DNA of 64,000 nucleotides. Origin: Gammaproteobacteria bacterium UBA6940 (GTDB taxonomy: Bacteria; Pseudomonadota; Gammaproteobacteria; Pseudomonadales; UBA6940). Under the pieces are notes generated by a model. It searched no databases, was not told where the DNA came from, and saw only the letters and a list, made by a program, of their open reading frames with translations. Location: contig DJZY01000076.1 of assembly GCA_002450655.1 (NCBI GenBank), forward strand, positions 49,594-113,593, given 5' to 3'. Of the stretch, positions 18,297 through 26,873 are shown one piece after another (positions within the stretch are counted from its first letter, which is position 1; each line of letters begins with the position of its first letter). The position numbers were made by a program, and so were the translations under genes.

Positions 18297-18683
18297 ATGT
18301 CAAAAATCACCCTCGAAATAAGCAAAAATAGCATTCAACTTTACTTGAAAAAAGGGCAATTGCATGAACACTCTACATCTGATATCTCTCAGATTATGAT
18401 GATTTATGTTGGTCATGATATATATGCGAATGATTCTATTTGTTACTTATTTGTATTTGAGCATGAATTTTGGGTGCTACCCGAGACGTTAAATGGTCTT
18501 TATGATACTCAAAAGATATTACTGGCTGAGTATAATTTGAATTATCTTGAAGCATCTTTAGATTATTTACCTTGGAATTGGCGTGCCTACAGATATTGTT
18601 TTGGTATGGAGGCTCGAACTGCTGTTAGGCATGTACAAGAATTAGATAAAATTGAGGAAAAGCTTCATTTTTTGACAAAATAA
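18297..18683 (+). CDS. hypothetical protein
   Basis: 128-codon ORF with no recognisable motif, 40 nt upstream of the next gene. Confidence 0.5.
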   Translation: MSKITLEISKNSIQLYLKKGQLHEHSTSDISQIMMIYVGHDIYANDSICYLFVFEHEFWVLPETLNGLYDTQKILLAEYNLNYLEASLDYLPWNWRAYRYCFGMEARTAVRHVQELDKIEEKLHFLTK

Positions 18684-18723
18684 CTTATTCATTTGAAGAA
18701 AGTAACGTTTACGGAAGAACATC

Positions 18724-19947
18724 ATGCTATCAAGAGTCTGGGCAAGTCTAATCCTCATTTCAGCAACCATTGTCATGGCTGGCACGTTATTTCCTGGGTT
18801 GTTTCCTGCTGATACCAATATACTGCAAAATTGGGTTGAAGCTCTGTTTGAAATGAGTGACTTAAGTATTGATATAGCCCTAGGGCTTGTTGGTGCGCTG
18901 TGTTTTTGGATGGGCATATTTCAAATTGCGCAGGCGTCAGGGCTGATCAATGTGCTTGGTCGAATGCTAGAGCCACTTCTCATTAAGTTAATGCCATCAG
19001 TACCAAAAGGGCATCCATCCATTGGTGCCATGACCATGAATATCGCTGCAAATGTGTTTGGCTTAGATAATGCAGCAACACCAATGGGCTTAAAAGCCAT
19101 GGAAGATTTGCAGACACTAAATCCAGATAAAAAACAAATCTCCGATGCTCAGCTTCTCTTTGTGGTTTTAAACACCACTAGCGTTACCTTATTACCTGTC
19201 ACCATTATTATGTACAGAATTGAAATGGGCGCAGCCCAGGCTTCAGATGTACTCTTACCGATTATTCTTGCCACAAGCTGCTCATCAATAGCAGGTGTTG
19301 CCATTGTTGCTTGGAAGCAAAAACTTAAAATATGGTCATGGCACATTTTAATTGGTTTATTTGCTTATGTTGCACTATTAACAACGCTGTTTTATTTTTC
19401 TTCACAATCGCCAGATATGTTGGGCAAAGTAGGCCCAATGATTTTGCTTTTAACAGTGTCTGGCATATTACTTCATGGTTTGAAACATAAAGTAGATGTC
19501 TACGAAGAGTTTATTACAGGCGCTAAAGAAGGCTTTGGTTTAGCAGTGAAGATCATGCCATACCTTGTGGCAATGCTTGTCGCTGTAGGCTTGGTGAGAG
19601 CCAGTGGTGCTTTAGACTTTTTACTCAACGGGCTCAGCTGGTGCTTAGCCAAACTGCATATTGGCGATGACTTTGTTGGTGCATTACCAACAGCCTTTAT
19701 GAAACCATTCAGCGGCAGTGGTGCAAGAGCATTAATGTTAGAAACCATGCAGCATTATGGGGTTGATAGCATTCAAGGGCGTATTGCTGCAGTTATGCAA
19801 GGCAGTACAGAAACGACTTTCTACGTGCTTTCTGTCTATTTGGGGGCGGTCGGACTGCAGCGAAGCCGTTATTTGATTTCGGCTTGTTTAACTGCTGATG
19901 TAGTGGGATGCACTGCTGCGATTATATTTACAAAAATGTTGTTTTAG
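18724..19947 (+). CDS. nucleoside-recognition (Gate) domain membrane protein, fused SpmA/SpmB-like
   Basis: Polytopic. Carries the family-typical GHPSIGAMTMNIAANVFGLDNAATPMGLKAMEDLQTLNP. Confidence 0.75.
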   Translation: MLSRVWASLILISATIVMAGTLFPGLFPADTNILQNWVEALFEMSDLSIDIALGLVGALCFWMGIFQIAQASGLINVLGRMLEPLLIKLMPSVPKGHPSIGAMTMNIAANVFGLDNAATPMGLKAMEDLQTLNPDKKQISDAQLLFVVLNTTSVTLLPVTIIMYRIEMGAAQASDVLLPIILATSCSSIAGVAIVAWKQKLKIWSWHILIGLFAYVALLTTLFYFSSQSPDMLGKVGPMILLLTVSGILLHGLKHKVDVYEEFITGAKEGFGLAVKIMPYLVAMLVAVGLVRASGALDFLLNGLSWCLAKLHIGDDFVGALPTAFMKPFSGSGARALMLETMQHYGVDSIQGRIAAVMQGSTETTFYVLSVYLGAVGLQRSRYLISACLTADVVGCTAAIIFTKMLF

Positions 19948-19995
19948 ATTTTTACATAAAGCTGCGGCTTTTGGTAGAAAGCCGCAATTAAAAAC

Positions 19996-20514
19996 TTACT
20001 TAGAAGCAGCTTCACCTGCTACAAAATCATACTTGCTTAATGGCACACCATTATGGCGAAGAATATTATAGCTAGTGGTCATATGGAACATCAGGTTTGG
20101 AATGACAAAGCCTTGTACATAGTCAACAGCTTTAAATTCTAAGCTTCTGTTAGGTGTTTTAACATGGATCTGACGATCTTCTTGACCGTTGATATCGCTT
20201 GCCTGTACTGAGCTGACAAAATCCAAAGTTTTATCAATACGGGCTACAAGCTCTTCATAGGTTTTTTCATTATCTTCCCAGCTTGGTACATCCTGTCCGC
20301 TCAAACGTGCAGCACAACCTTTTGCCATATCACACATAATTTGGATTTGCTTGGAAAGAGGGTACATATCTGGTGCAAGTCTTGAGTTTACAAGTACAGT
20401 AAAATCGATGCCGCGCTCATCAGCGTTTTGCTTTGACTTTGTCATAATCCATTTAGAATTACTCAGCATTTTTTGGATGAATGGAATAGAAGCATCGTAG
20501 AGTTCAATAGCCAT
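19996..20514 (-). CDS. DUF1993-family protein
   Basis: 172 aa. The N-terminus LYDASIPFIQKML and overall length are typical of the family. Confidence 0.65.
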   Translation of the reverse strand: MAIELYDASIPFIQKMLSNSKWIMTKSKQNADERGIDFTVLVNSRLAPDMYPLSKQIQIMCDMAKGCAARLSGQDVPSWEDNEKTYEELVARIDKTLDFVSSVQASDINGQEDRQIHVKTPNRSLEFKAVDYVQGFVIPNLMFHMTTSYNILRHNGVPLSKYDFVAGEAASK

Positions 20515-20793
20515 AGTTATGTCCTTGGCGAGTTATGTTGAATGTTTCAAGTAGCAATTTCAGATTAGATGCTTTTATAGATAAATAAAGCGTGAATAGA
20601 TATGATGTTATCTGTTGGTTTGTTTGAAAAATGATCAATTTTTATTTGTTTTTAATGTAACTATGCCGTTTTGTTACCTTACAATCTGATGTTCTTGTGA
20701 TGGCTTGATTTGGTGCATACAATGATGCCTTGCTAAGCATGGATGGCTTTTTAATTTTTTCTGTTTTTTTCGAATAATGAGAGGAGTGCAGCC

Positions 20794-21525
20794 ATGCCAA
20801 TTACAGCAGCTCAAAACTTATCAACCCAAGGCGCTCAGTGTCATGTGTGTTTAACTGGTTTTGAAGGGGATGAAAACGTCCTTCATCATGACATTAAGCA
20901 AACTGATAAAGACTATCTCTCAAAGCTTCATCCTGTTCATCTAGAGTGCATGAGTCAATGGAATAAAACGGCGACACATGATTTTAACTGTCATAGTTGT
21001 AAGCAGCCACTTGAAGGGTATGTCTCACATCTTATTGCCGATAAAATTCAAACAGCAGCTGCACCTCAGGCAAAACTTGGGAGCACGACTCAAGAGCAAG
21101 CCAGTGAGTTAGGTATTAAAGCGACGACAATTGAATTTAATATCGGTGATGCTAATGACACGATAGAGTTGCTGCATCAGGCAGGCACTTGTAAGGCTTC
21201 TGATGCAATTCCAGGCTTATCTCGTGTTCAAGGCGAAATAAATCAGATTAACGAGCTTTTGCAAAAAAATAATGCGTTTGAGTCGGCAATTAAGCAGGAT
21301 TTAATTGCCAGTTCAGCTCAAGCCCCTGAGTCTGCTAAGGTGTTATTAAATTCATTATCTGAAAACTTAAATGTGACACCAATGCCTTTGATTAAGTCAG
21401 TTCGACAAGATATTCCTGCAAATGGCACAAGTAATAACTTTAATCAGCTTGAAAATATTTTACCTGTATTAAAGTTTCAAGTAATGCAGCGTAATAATTT
21501 AATTAATGGCCTGCTTGGTGGTTAA
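20794..21525 (+). CDS. RING-H2-like zinc-finger protein (candidate E3 ligase-type effector)
   Basis: C16-x2-C19 ... H46-x2-H49-x2-C52-x3-W ... C66-x2-C69. This is 7 of 8 RING-H2 ligands in canonical spacing, and VHLECMSQW resembles FHxxCIxxW. The rest of the protein is low-complexity. Confidence 0.55.
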   Translation: MPITAAQNLSTQGAQCHVCLTGFEGDENVLHHDIKQTDKDYLSKLHPVHLECMSQWNKTATHDFNCHSCKQPLEGYVSHLIADKIQTAAAPQAKLGSTTQEQASELGIKATTIEFNIGDANDTIELLHQAGTCKASDAIPGLSRVQGEINQINELLQKNNAFESAIKQDLIASSAQAPESAKVLLNSLSENLNVTPMPLIKSVRQDIPANGTSNNFNQLENILPVLKFQVMQRNNLINGLLGG

Positions 21526-21535
21526 TTTTTAAAAA

Positions 21536-21781
21536 CTATTTTCCATTCTTTTTTATAACCAATGGTTCTGGGATTAAATTTTTATGAATCATTGGTTCCT
21601 TGCATCGAAGTTGATAAAGCCTTGCATGGCTCATTTCTGGAACTGGCGGGGCTTTCATATCAGAATACTGCGGATTACGCGCTAACTCATTTCGTTCTGC
21701 TTTAAGTTGAGTTATATATTCCTTGCACATGTTGCAGTGATATGAAAGAACCGTGTTTTGATTAGGGCTAATCTGAGGCAT
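21536..21781 (-). CDS. small hypothetical protein
   Basis: 81-codon ORF 39 nt downstream of the 276-aa ORF on the same strand. Contains CNMC. Confidence 0.4.
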   Translation of the reverse strand: MPQISPNQNTVLSYHCNMCKEYITQLKAERNELARNPQYSDMKAPPVPEMSHARLYQLRCKEPMIHKNLIPEPLVIKKNGK

Positions 21782-21820
21782 ATAATATCTTATTTGCCAA
21801 AAAGAATTGTATGGGTATAG

Positions 21821-22615
21821 CTACTCATTTACTTTATTTGCTTCAAGAGGGTGAAGTTGAAATACTCTGCGAGTTGGCGGTGCTAGAGCATCTTCCATGG
21901 CAAGTTCCCAATCTTCACCATTTAAACCTTCTACAATTTGGCTCGTATTGAGCTTAGGGTTTTCATTAAAGAAATAGTATGCGTAGCGCTTAAGTAATGT
22001 GGCTATTTCATTTTCCGCTAAACTATGGAAATAGCATTGAATATCGTGCAGGCCAAGCTGTGCTAGACCAAGGGTATCCATAAGGATATTACCTTCGTCA
22101 TCATTAAACAGGCGTATGTTTAAAAATCCTGCAAGCTGGTCATCTTCATTCTTAAAAATCTCCGGCTCGATTATTTCTTCGGTCACATGGTTAACGATAA
22201 CAATAGCATTTGAATGATTGACCAGTGCTTTCATTGTTTGGGCAAGCATATTGAGGCGGGGGATTGCTTCAAGGTGGCTTGACATAAAGTCATTCACACT
22301 CAGTGTCCATTTTGCAGCATTGATTTCAGCTGCCAAAGCTTCACCTCTGACGCTTTCGGTTAGAAAGTCGTGGTAAATGGCTTTATCTTTGCCTTGGATT
22401 GGGCGAGCTTTCATCAGCTGCATATGACCAATATTTTGATCGCTCGGTTCAAGTGCAGGATCAATGCATTCAAATTGCAGTTGGTCTAAATCACCTTGAG
22501 CTTGGTGTTCTAGCGTAAGACCAGCAAACTCCAGTTCATTCAAAATATCATCAAGATTGATCTGAGGCTTTTCACTAAAGAGCAGTTCAAGAGAATAGAG
22601 TTGTGTTGCTTTCAT
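21821..22615 (-). CDS. hypothetical acidic protein (possibly DUF4261-like)
   Basis: The long ORF in the track runs to 22651. Met at 22615 (MKATQLY) is preferred. MDTLGLAQLGLHDIQ is reminiscent of DUF4261, recalled from memory only. Confidence 0.55.
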   Translation of the reverse strand: MKATQLYSLELLFSEKPQINLDDILNELEFAGLTLEHQAQGDLDQLQFECIDPALEPSDQNIGHMQLMKARPIQGKDKAIYHDFLTESVRGEALAAEINAAKWTLSVNDFMSSHLEAIPRLNMLAQTMKALVNHSNAIVIVNHVTEEIIEPEIFKNEDDQLAGFLNIRLFNDDEGNILMDTLGLAQLGLHDIQCYFHSLAENEIATLLKRYAYYFFNENPKLNTSQIVEGLNGEDWELAMEDALAPPTRRVFQLHPLEANKVNE

Positions 22616-22812
22616 AGGGATTACCGTGATGTAAGTGAAGTAAGAATGCAATCATTTCGAATCAGTGTACGAGATAACATGCTTGAATATCAATTCAAAG
22701 CGTCTTCGCTGCATCTAATATCAAAAATATTGGTCTGCTTTTAGCCTTACATGACTTATTCTTTGGTATCATTGAGCCTCTTAGAGGGCGTTCAAACGAT
22801 TTTAGCAACATC

Positions 22813-23538
22813 ATGTCTTACGACGAGGTAGGCACTTGCATGACATCGAAGACTCATAGACTTGATCGCTTTATCAGCCAGAAAAGCCAGTTTTCAATGT
22901 CTGACACTCGGCTTTTGATTGCTCAAAAGCGAATCAAGCTTAACGGTGAGCTAGCCTCATCCATACAGCAGAAAGTGGACTATTTTACTCACGTTGAGCT
23001 TGATGGGGTTTCGCTTCAGAAGAACCAGCCTCTTTACATTATGCTGAATAAACCTAAAGGCTATGTGAGCGCTACATCCGATCCAAATCATGAAACTGTG
23101 TTGGATCTGATTGATCATCCTCGTAAGCATGAGCTTCATATCGCCGGCCGCTTAGATTTTAACACCACGGGGTTAATGCTTTTAACGAATGATGGTACTT
23201 GGTCGAGGCGTATTTGTTTGCCTGAATCAAAGCTCGTTAAAACCTATGAAGTGAAGGTTGATAAACCATTAACCCAAGAGTATGTACAGCAGTTTAATAA
23301 AGGGATTTACTTTCACTACGAAAAAATAACAACCCAGCCAGCTCATTTGGAAATCTGCACTGAATTTACTGCAAAGCTTTCAATTGTAGAGGGGAAGTAT
23401 CATCAAGTGAAACGCATGTTTGGCTTTTTTGATAATGAAGTTCTCGAACTCCATCGAAGTGCTGTTGGGCATATTACATTACACAATTTGCCAGAAGGTC
23501 ATTACCGACTTTTAACAGAGCAAGAATTTACGCTTTAA
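22813..23538 (+). CDS. rsuA: 16S rRNA pseudouridine synthase, RsuA family
   Basis: S4-like N-terminus (HRLDRFIS...IKLNG) and catalytic GRLDFNTTGLMLLTNDG. The start may be Met at 22840. Confidence 0.8.
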   Translation: MSYDEVGTCMTSKTHRLDRFISQKSQFSMSDTRLLIAQKRIKLNGELASSIQQKVDYFTHVELDGVSLQKNQPLYIMLNKPKGYVSATSDPNHETVLDLIDHPRKHELHIAGRLDFNTTGLMLLTNDGTWSRRICLPESKLVKTYEVKVDKPLTQEYVQQFNKGIYFHYEKITTQPAHLEICTEFTAKLSIVEGKYHQVKRMFGFFDNEVLELHRSAVGHITLHNLPEGHYRLLTEQEFTL

Positions 23539-23547
23539 GGAATCATT

Positions 23548-24942
23548 ATGTCTCAAGGGCAACAGGCTCAAAAATTTGCAACACTTGGATTACGACAAGA
23601 GCTGGTCGATAACTTAAAAACACTTGAATATACAAGTATGACCCCAATTCAGGCGAAGGCATTGCCTCATATTATTCAAGGAAAGGATGTGATCGGGCAG
23701 GGTAAAACAGGTTCTGGTAAAACAGCTGCTTTTGGCCTTGGGTTACTTGAAAAGTTAAATGTAAAACGATTCCGAGTGCAAAGCTTAGTGCTTTGTCCGA
23801 CTCGTGAGCTTGCTGACCAAGTTGCTAAAGAAATCCGTAGGCTTGCTCGTGGCATCCATAACATAAAAGTCTTAACCCTTTGTGGTGGTATGCCTTTTGG
23901 CCCTCAAATCGGTTCGCTAGAGCATGGCGCTCATATTATTGTGGGTACACCTGGTCGTGTCGAAGAGCATATCCGTAAACGTAATTTAGACTTATCTAAC
24001 TTAAATATGCTAGTGCTTGATGAAGCTGATCGAATGCTTGAAATGGGCTTTGCTGATGCTTTGGATGCAATTATTGGCGCAGCACCTCGTCAACGTCAAA
24101 CTCTCTTATTTAGTGCTACTTTTCCAAATCAGATCAGTGATATGGCTGCATCTATTATGCAAAACCCTGTCAAGGTTGAAGTTGAGTCCACTCATGAAAC
24201 GACAACAATTGAGCAGGTGTTTTACAAGGTTGAAGGCGATGATGCCCGTATGGCTGCGGTAGAGCTTCTATTGCTCAAACACGCACCTGAAAGTGCTGTT
24301 ATCTTTTGCAGTACGAAAAAGTATACACAAGATTTGGCAGACTATTTATATAATCTTGGGTTTTCCGCAGTGGCTTTACATGGTGATCTTGAACAAAAAG
24401 ATCGTGATGTAACCCTAGTACGTTTTGCAAATAAGAGTGCTCAAGTGCTTGTTGCCACTGATGTTGCTGCTCGTGGATTGGATATTGAATCCCTTGATAT
24501 GGTGATTAACTTCCATCTTTCTCGAGAATCTGATGTGCACGTTCATCGTATCGGCCGAACAGGGCGTGCTGGCGCACAAGGTAAAGCTTTTTCTCTTTAC
24601 TCTGCAAAAGAAAAGTACAAGCTTTCAGAAATTGAAAAGCAGCTTGGTCAAGAGCTTGTGTTTGGAGACTTACCTCAAGAAGATGAAGTAATGCCTCATC
24701 CATTAGTACCTGAGATGGTAACGCTGCAAATTAGTGGTGGTAAAAAGCAAAAAGTAAGAGCAGGGGATATTCTTGGTTGCCTTACTGGCGATAAGCATAT
24801 CTCTGGTGATCAGGTGGGTAAAATCAGCTTATTTGATAACACATCTTTTGTTGCTGTTAAAAGAGTTGTAGCAACAACTGCACTCAAGAAAATACAAAAT
24901 GGTAAACTAAAAGGCCGTAATTTTAGAGTGAGAAAGGTTTAG
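23548..24942 (+). CDS. dbpA: ATP-dependent RNA helicase DbpA (DEAD-box plus C-terminal RNA-binding domain)
   Basis: Q motif, GKTGSGKTAAF, VLDEADRML, SAT, HRIGRTGRAG and a DbpA-type C-terminal domain (ISGGKKQKVRAGDILG). Confidence 0.9.
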   Translation: MSQGQQAQKFATLGLRQELVDNLKTLEYTSMTPIQAKALPHIIQGKDVIGQGKTGSGKTAAFGLGLLEKLNVKRFRVQSLVLCPTRELADQVAKEIRRLARGIHNIKVLTLCGGMPFGPQIGSLEHGAHIIVGTPGRVEEHIRKRNLDLSNLNMLVLDEADRMLEMGFADALDAIIGAAPRQRQTLLFSATFPNQISDMAASIMQNPVKVEVESTHETTTIEQVFYKVEGDDARMAAVELLLLKHAPESAVIFCSTKKYTQDLADYLYNLGFSAVALHGDLEQKDRDVTLVRFANKSAQVLVATDVAARGLDIESLDMVINFHLSRESDVHVHRIGRTGRAGAQGKAFSLYSAKEKYKLSEIEKQLGQELVFGDLPQEDEVMPHPLVPEMVTLQISGGKKQKVRAGDILGCLTGDKHISGDQVGKISLFDNTSFVAVKRVVATTALKKIQNGKLKGRNFRVRKV

Positions 24943-24967
24943 ATTTCTTACCCCAATATGGGAAATT

Positions 24968-24991
24968 GCCTAGCCAATGGCGCTAGGCTTT
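24968..24991 (+). terminator. probable intrinsic terminator after dbpA
   Basis: GCCTAGC-caatggc-GCTAGGC followed by TTTGATTATTT. Confidence 0.55.
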
Positions 24992-25140
24992 GATTATTTA
25001 TCATACAATTTTATATTAATACTGCTGCAATAAATTGACCAGACCTTATGTGTAGGGCATATTCTATCCCTAAATAATATAACTTAAGGTTTAGGTTTAT
25101 ATCCTAATAAAAATAATTTGATTTGCAGTATTTATAAATC

Positions 25141-25893
25141 ATGACAACTAATAGTGCCAACTTATCTACTAGCCCAGACTTTTGGAAAATAGCGCATCCA
25201 GTTTTTTCCGAGAATGAAAACTGTACCCATTTAAAGCGAGTCACAGCTCTTCCAGCAGCTCATACGCCTTGTTCTCGATATAATACTCATAGACGAGTAC
25301 AGAGCAGTCCTGAAGAACTTATGCGTCATACAAGTGATTTTAAAGCGCAGTTCTTTAGTGCATTGCCAAGTGGTAAAGGTGTTGCTCAAAAACGCTTTAC
25401 CTTACTACTAGCACCTCCATTAATAGATACTCGTGGCGAATCTGATGATGAGAGTGTCTTTAGTTCGACTGAATCATTACCTGTAAATAGTGAGAATCAA
25501 TCAAGAGTATCTCTTATGTCGGGGCCTAGCTTTGTTAATGTGTCCCCTTGGCAATCAAGTAGCACTCTCGATCTTTTGGATGCTGAAAGTCTAGATAGAG
25601 ATCTGAGTACAGATAAGATAAAAGCAATTCCCGATTTGAAAACGGAACCAACTAAAGGCTATTTAGAGAGTATTAGTGAAATAGCCACATCTTTTCTACG
25701 TACGCTGAAATCGATAGTTCAAGATCGCTTTCCTGAGTTTTCCCTTTTTAGCCAAGTGTCTGAGAAGGCTGTAGATACTCCGAGTCTTCAAACTCAGCAA
25801 AATCATGAAATGCAAACAACAAGACCGAGAACACCACAATTTTTTTTAGCATCAATTAAACCTCTAGATTTATCTGATTTTTATAATTTTTAA
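25141..25893 (+). CDS. hypothetical Ser/Thr-rich protein (orphan, effector-like)
   Basis: 250 codons, low-complexity and Ser-rich, with no domain motif. Very AT-rich flanks. Confidence 0.5.
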   Translation: MTTNSANLSTSPDFWKIAHPVFSENENCTHLKRVTALPAAHTPCSRYNTHRRVQSSPEELMRHTSDFKAQFFSALPSGKGVAQKRFTLLLAPPLIDTRGESDDESVFSSTESLPVNSENQSRVSLMSGPSFVNVSPWQSSSTLDLLDAESLDRDLSTDKIKAIPDLKTEPTKGYLESISEIATSFLRTLKSIVQDRFPEFSLFSQVSEKAVDTPSLQTQQNHEMQTTRPRTPQFFLASIKPLDLSDFYNF

Positions 25894-25977
25894 CTAAAAA
25901 GGATAAATAAGCTTAATTAATTCTTAAAAATTAAAAGTGTTATAAAGTTTCATTCTATCATGCTGCTATTCTTATAA

Positions 25978-26136
25978 ATACCCATAGCGATTGTGTTTTA
26001 GGTGTAAAAAGCGCCTCATGAAGTTGCTTAGCAAGGCGCGACAACGCAGCATAGCCATTCTATGTAAGGCGTCGCAACACCGCTAAGCAACTTCATGTGG
26101 TGAGAGAGATACCAAAAATTCAAACGCTATGGGTAT
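25978..26136. repeat. 159-bp compound palindrome (nested inverted repeats) just upstream of the flotillin operon
   Basis: Outer 12-bp IR: ATACCCATAGCG (25978-25989) with CGCTATGGGTAT (26125-26136). Inner 16-bp IR: CATGAAGTTGCTTAGC (26017-26032) with GCTAAGCAACTTCATG (26082-26097). The two stems are separated by symmetric 27-nt unpaired segments. Confidence 0.7.
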
Positions 26137-26168
26137 AAGTAGTAGGGCAAGGAGATGCATCAGCATTA

Positions 26169-26849
26169 ATGCCCAGCAGCAATGATATGGATGTACAGAT
26201 GCTTGCAATTCTTCTCAGTTCTAAAATGGACCCTTTTTACAGTATTATTGGGTCCTTTCCAACCGCGATTTGGACTTTTTTTCTAGGTATATTTCTCTTT
26301 TATTGGGTTGTTGCTGTTTTAGGCTTTGTTTCCATTGATCTTATTGATATGGATGTTGAGCCAGGGCAGTCAACCCAGGGCATGAATGCTTTAGTCGGCC
26401 TGTTTCTTCGTTTTGGTCTTATTGGTGTGCCACTTACTATTAGCTTAACTATTGTAAGTACCATTGGCTGGTTCCTTTCTTTTTTCTCCATTTATTTCAT
26501 GCCTGAAAGTATTCAAGGCACATTTCTCATTTGGCCAGTAGGGCTCGTTGTTCTTTTTATTACAGGATTTATTGCTTTGTGGGCAACTGGTTATATTGTA
26601 AAACCTTTAGTTCGTTTTTTTCAAAATACGCGAGCAAATTCAAGGCATACATTTGTAGGTACACAAGCTCGTGTACGCACATCTAGAGTTGATGCATTCT
26701 TTGGTGAGGCCGAAATTGTCGATGGTGGCGCAGGGCTTCTCGTACAAATACGTTGCTTCGATGAAAACACATTAACAATTGGTGATGCTGTGGTTATTTT
26801 GGAATATGACCAAGAAAAGCATTTTTATAGAGTTTCTGCATTAGATTAA
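26169..26849 (+). CDS. YqiJ/NfeD-like inner-membrane protein (DUF1449-like, C-terminal OB/NfeD fold)
   Basis: Four or five TM helices followed by a soluble tail, GTQARVRTSRVDAFFGEAEIVDGGAGLLVQIRCFDENTLTIGDAVVILEY. Sits directly upstream of a flotillin gene, as in E. coli yqiJK. Confidence 0.7.
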   Translation: MPSSNDMDVQMLAILLSSKMDPFYSIIGSFPTAIWTFFLGIFLFYWVVAVLGFVSIDLIDMDVEPGQSTQGMNALVGLFLRFGLIGVPLTISLTIVSTIGWFLSFFSIYFMPESIQGTFLIWPVGLVVLFITGFIALWATGYIVKPLVRFFQNTRANSRHTFVGTQARVRTSRVDAFFGEAEIVDGGAGLLVQIRCFDENTLTIGDAVVILEYDQEKHFYRVSALD

Positions 26850-26873
26850 TTTGTTATTGGAAAAGGATAAATC

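Noticed and set aside
26155-26169. Mini-ORF ATG-CAT-CAG-CAT-TAA (MHQH) whose stop overlaps the yqiJ-like ATG (TAATG): a possible leader peptide
   Set aside because: The AAGGAG box ends immediately before this ATG with no spacing. It is better placed, although long at 14 nt, for the 26169 start. A 4-codon uORF cannot be supported from sequence alone.
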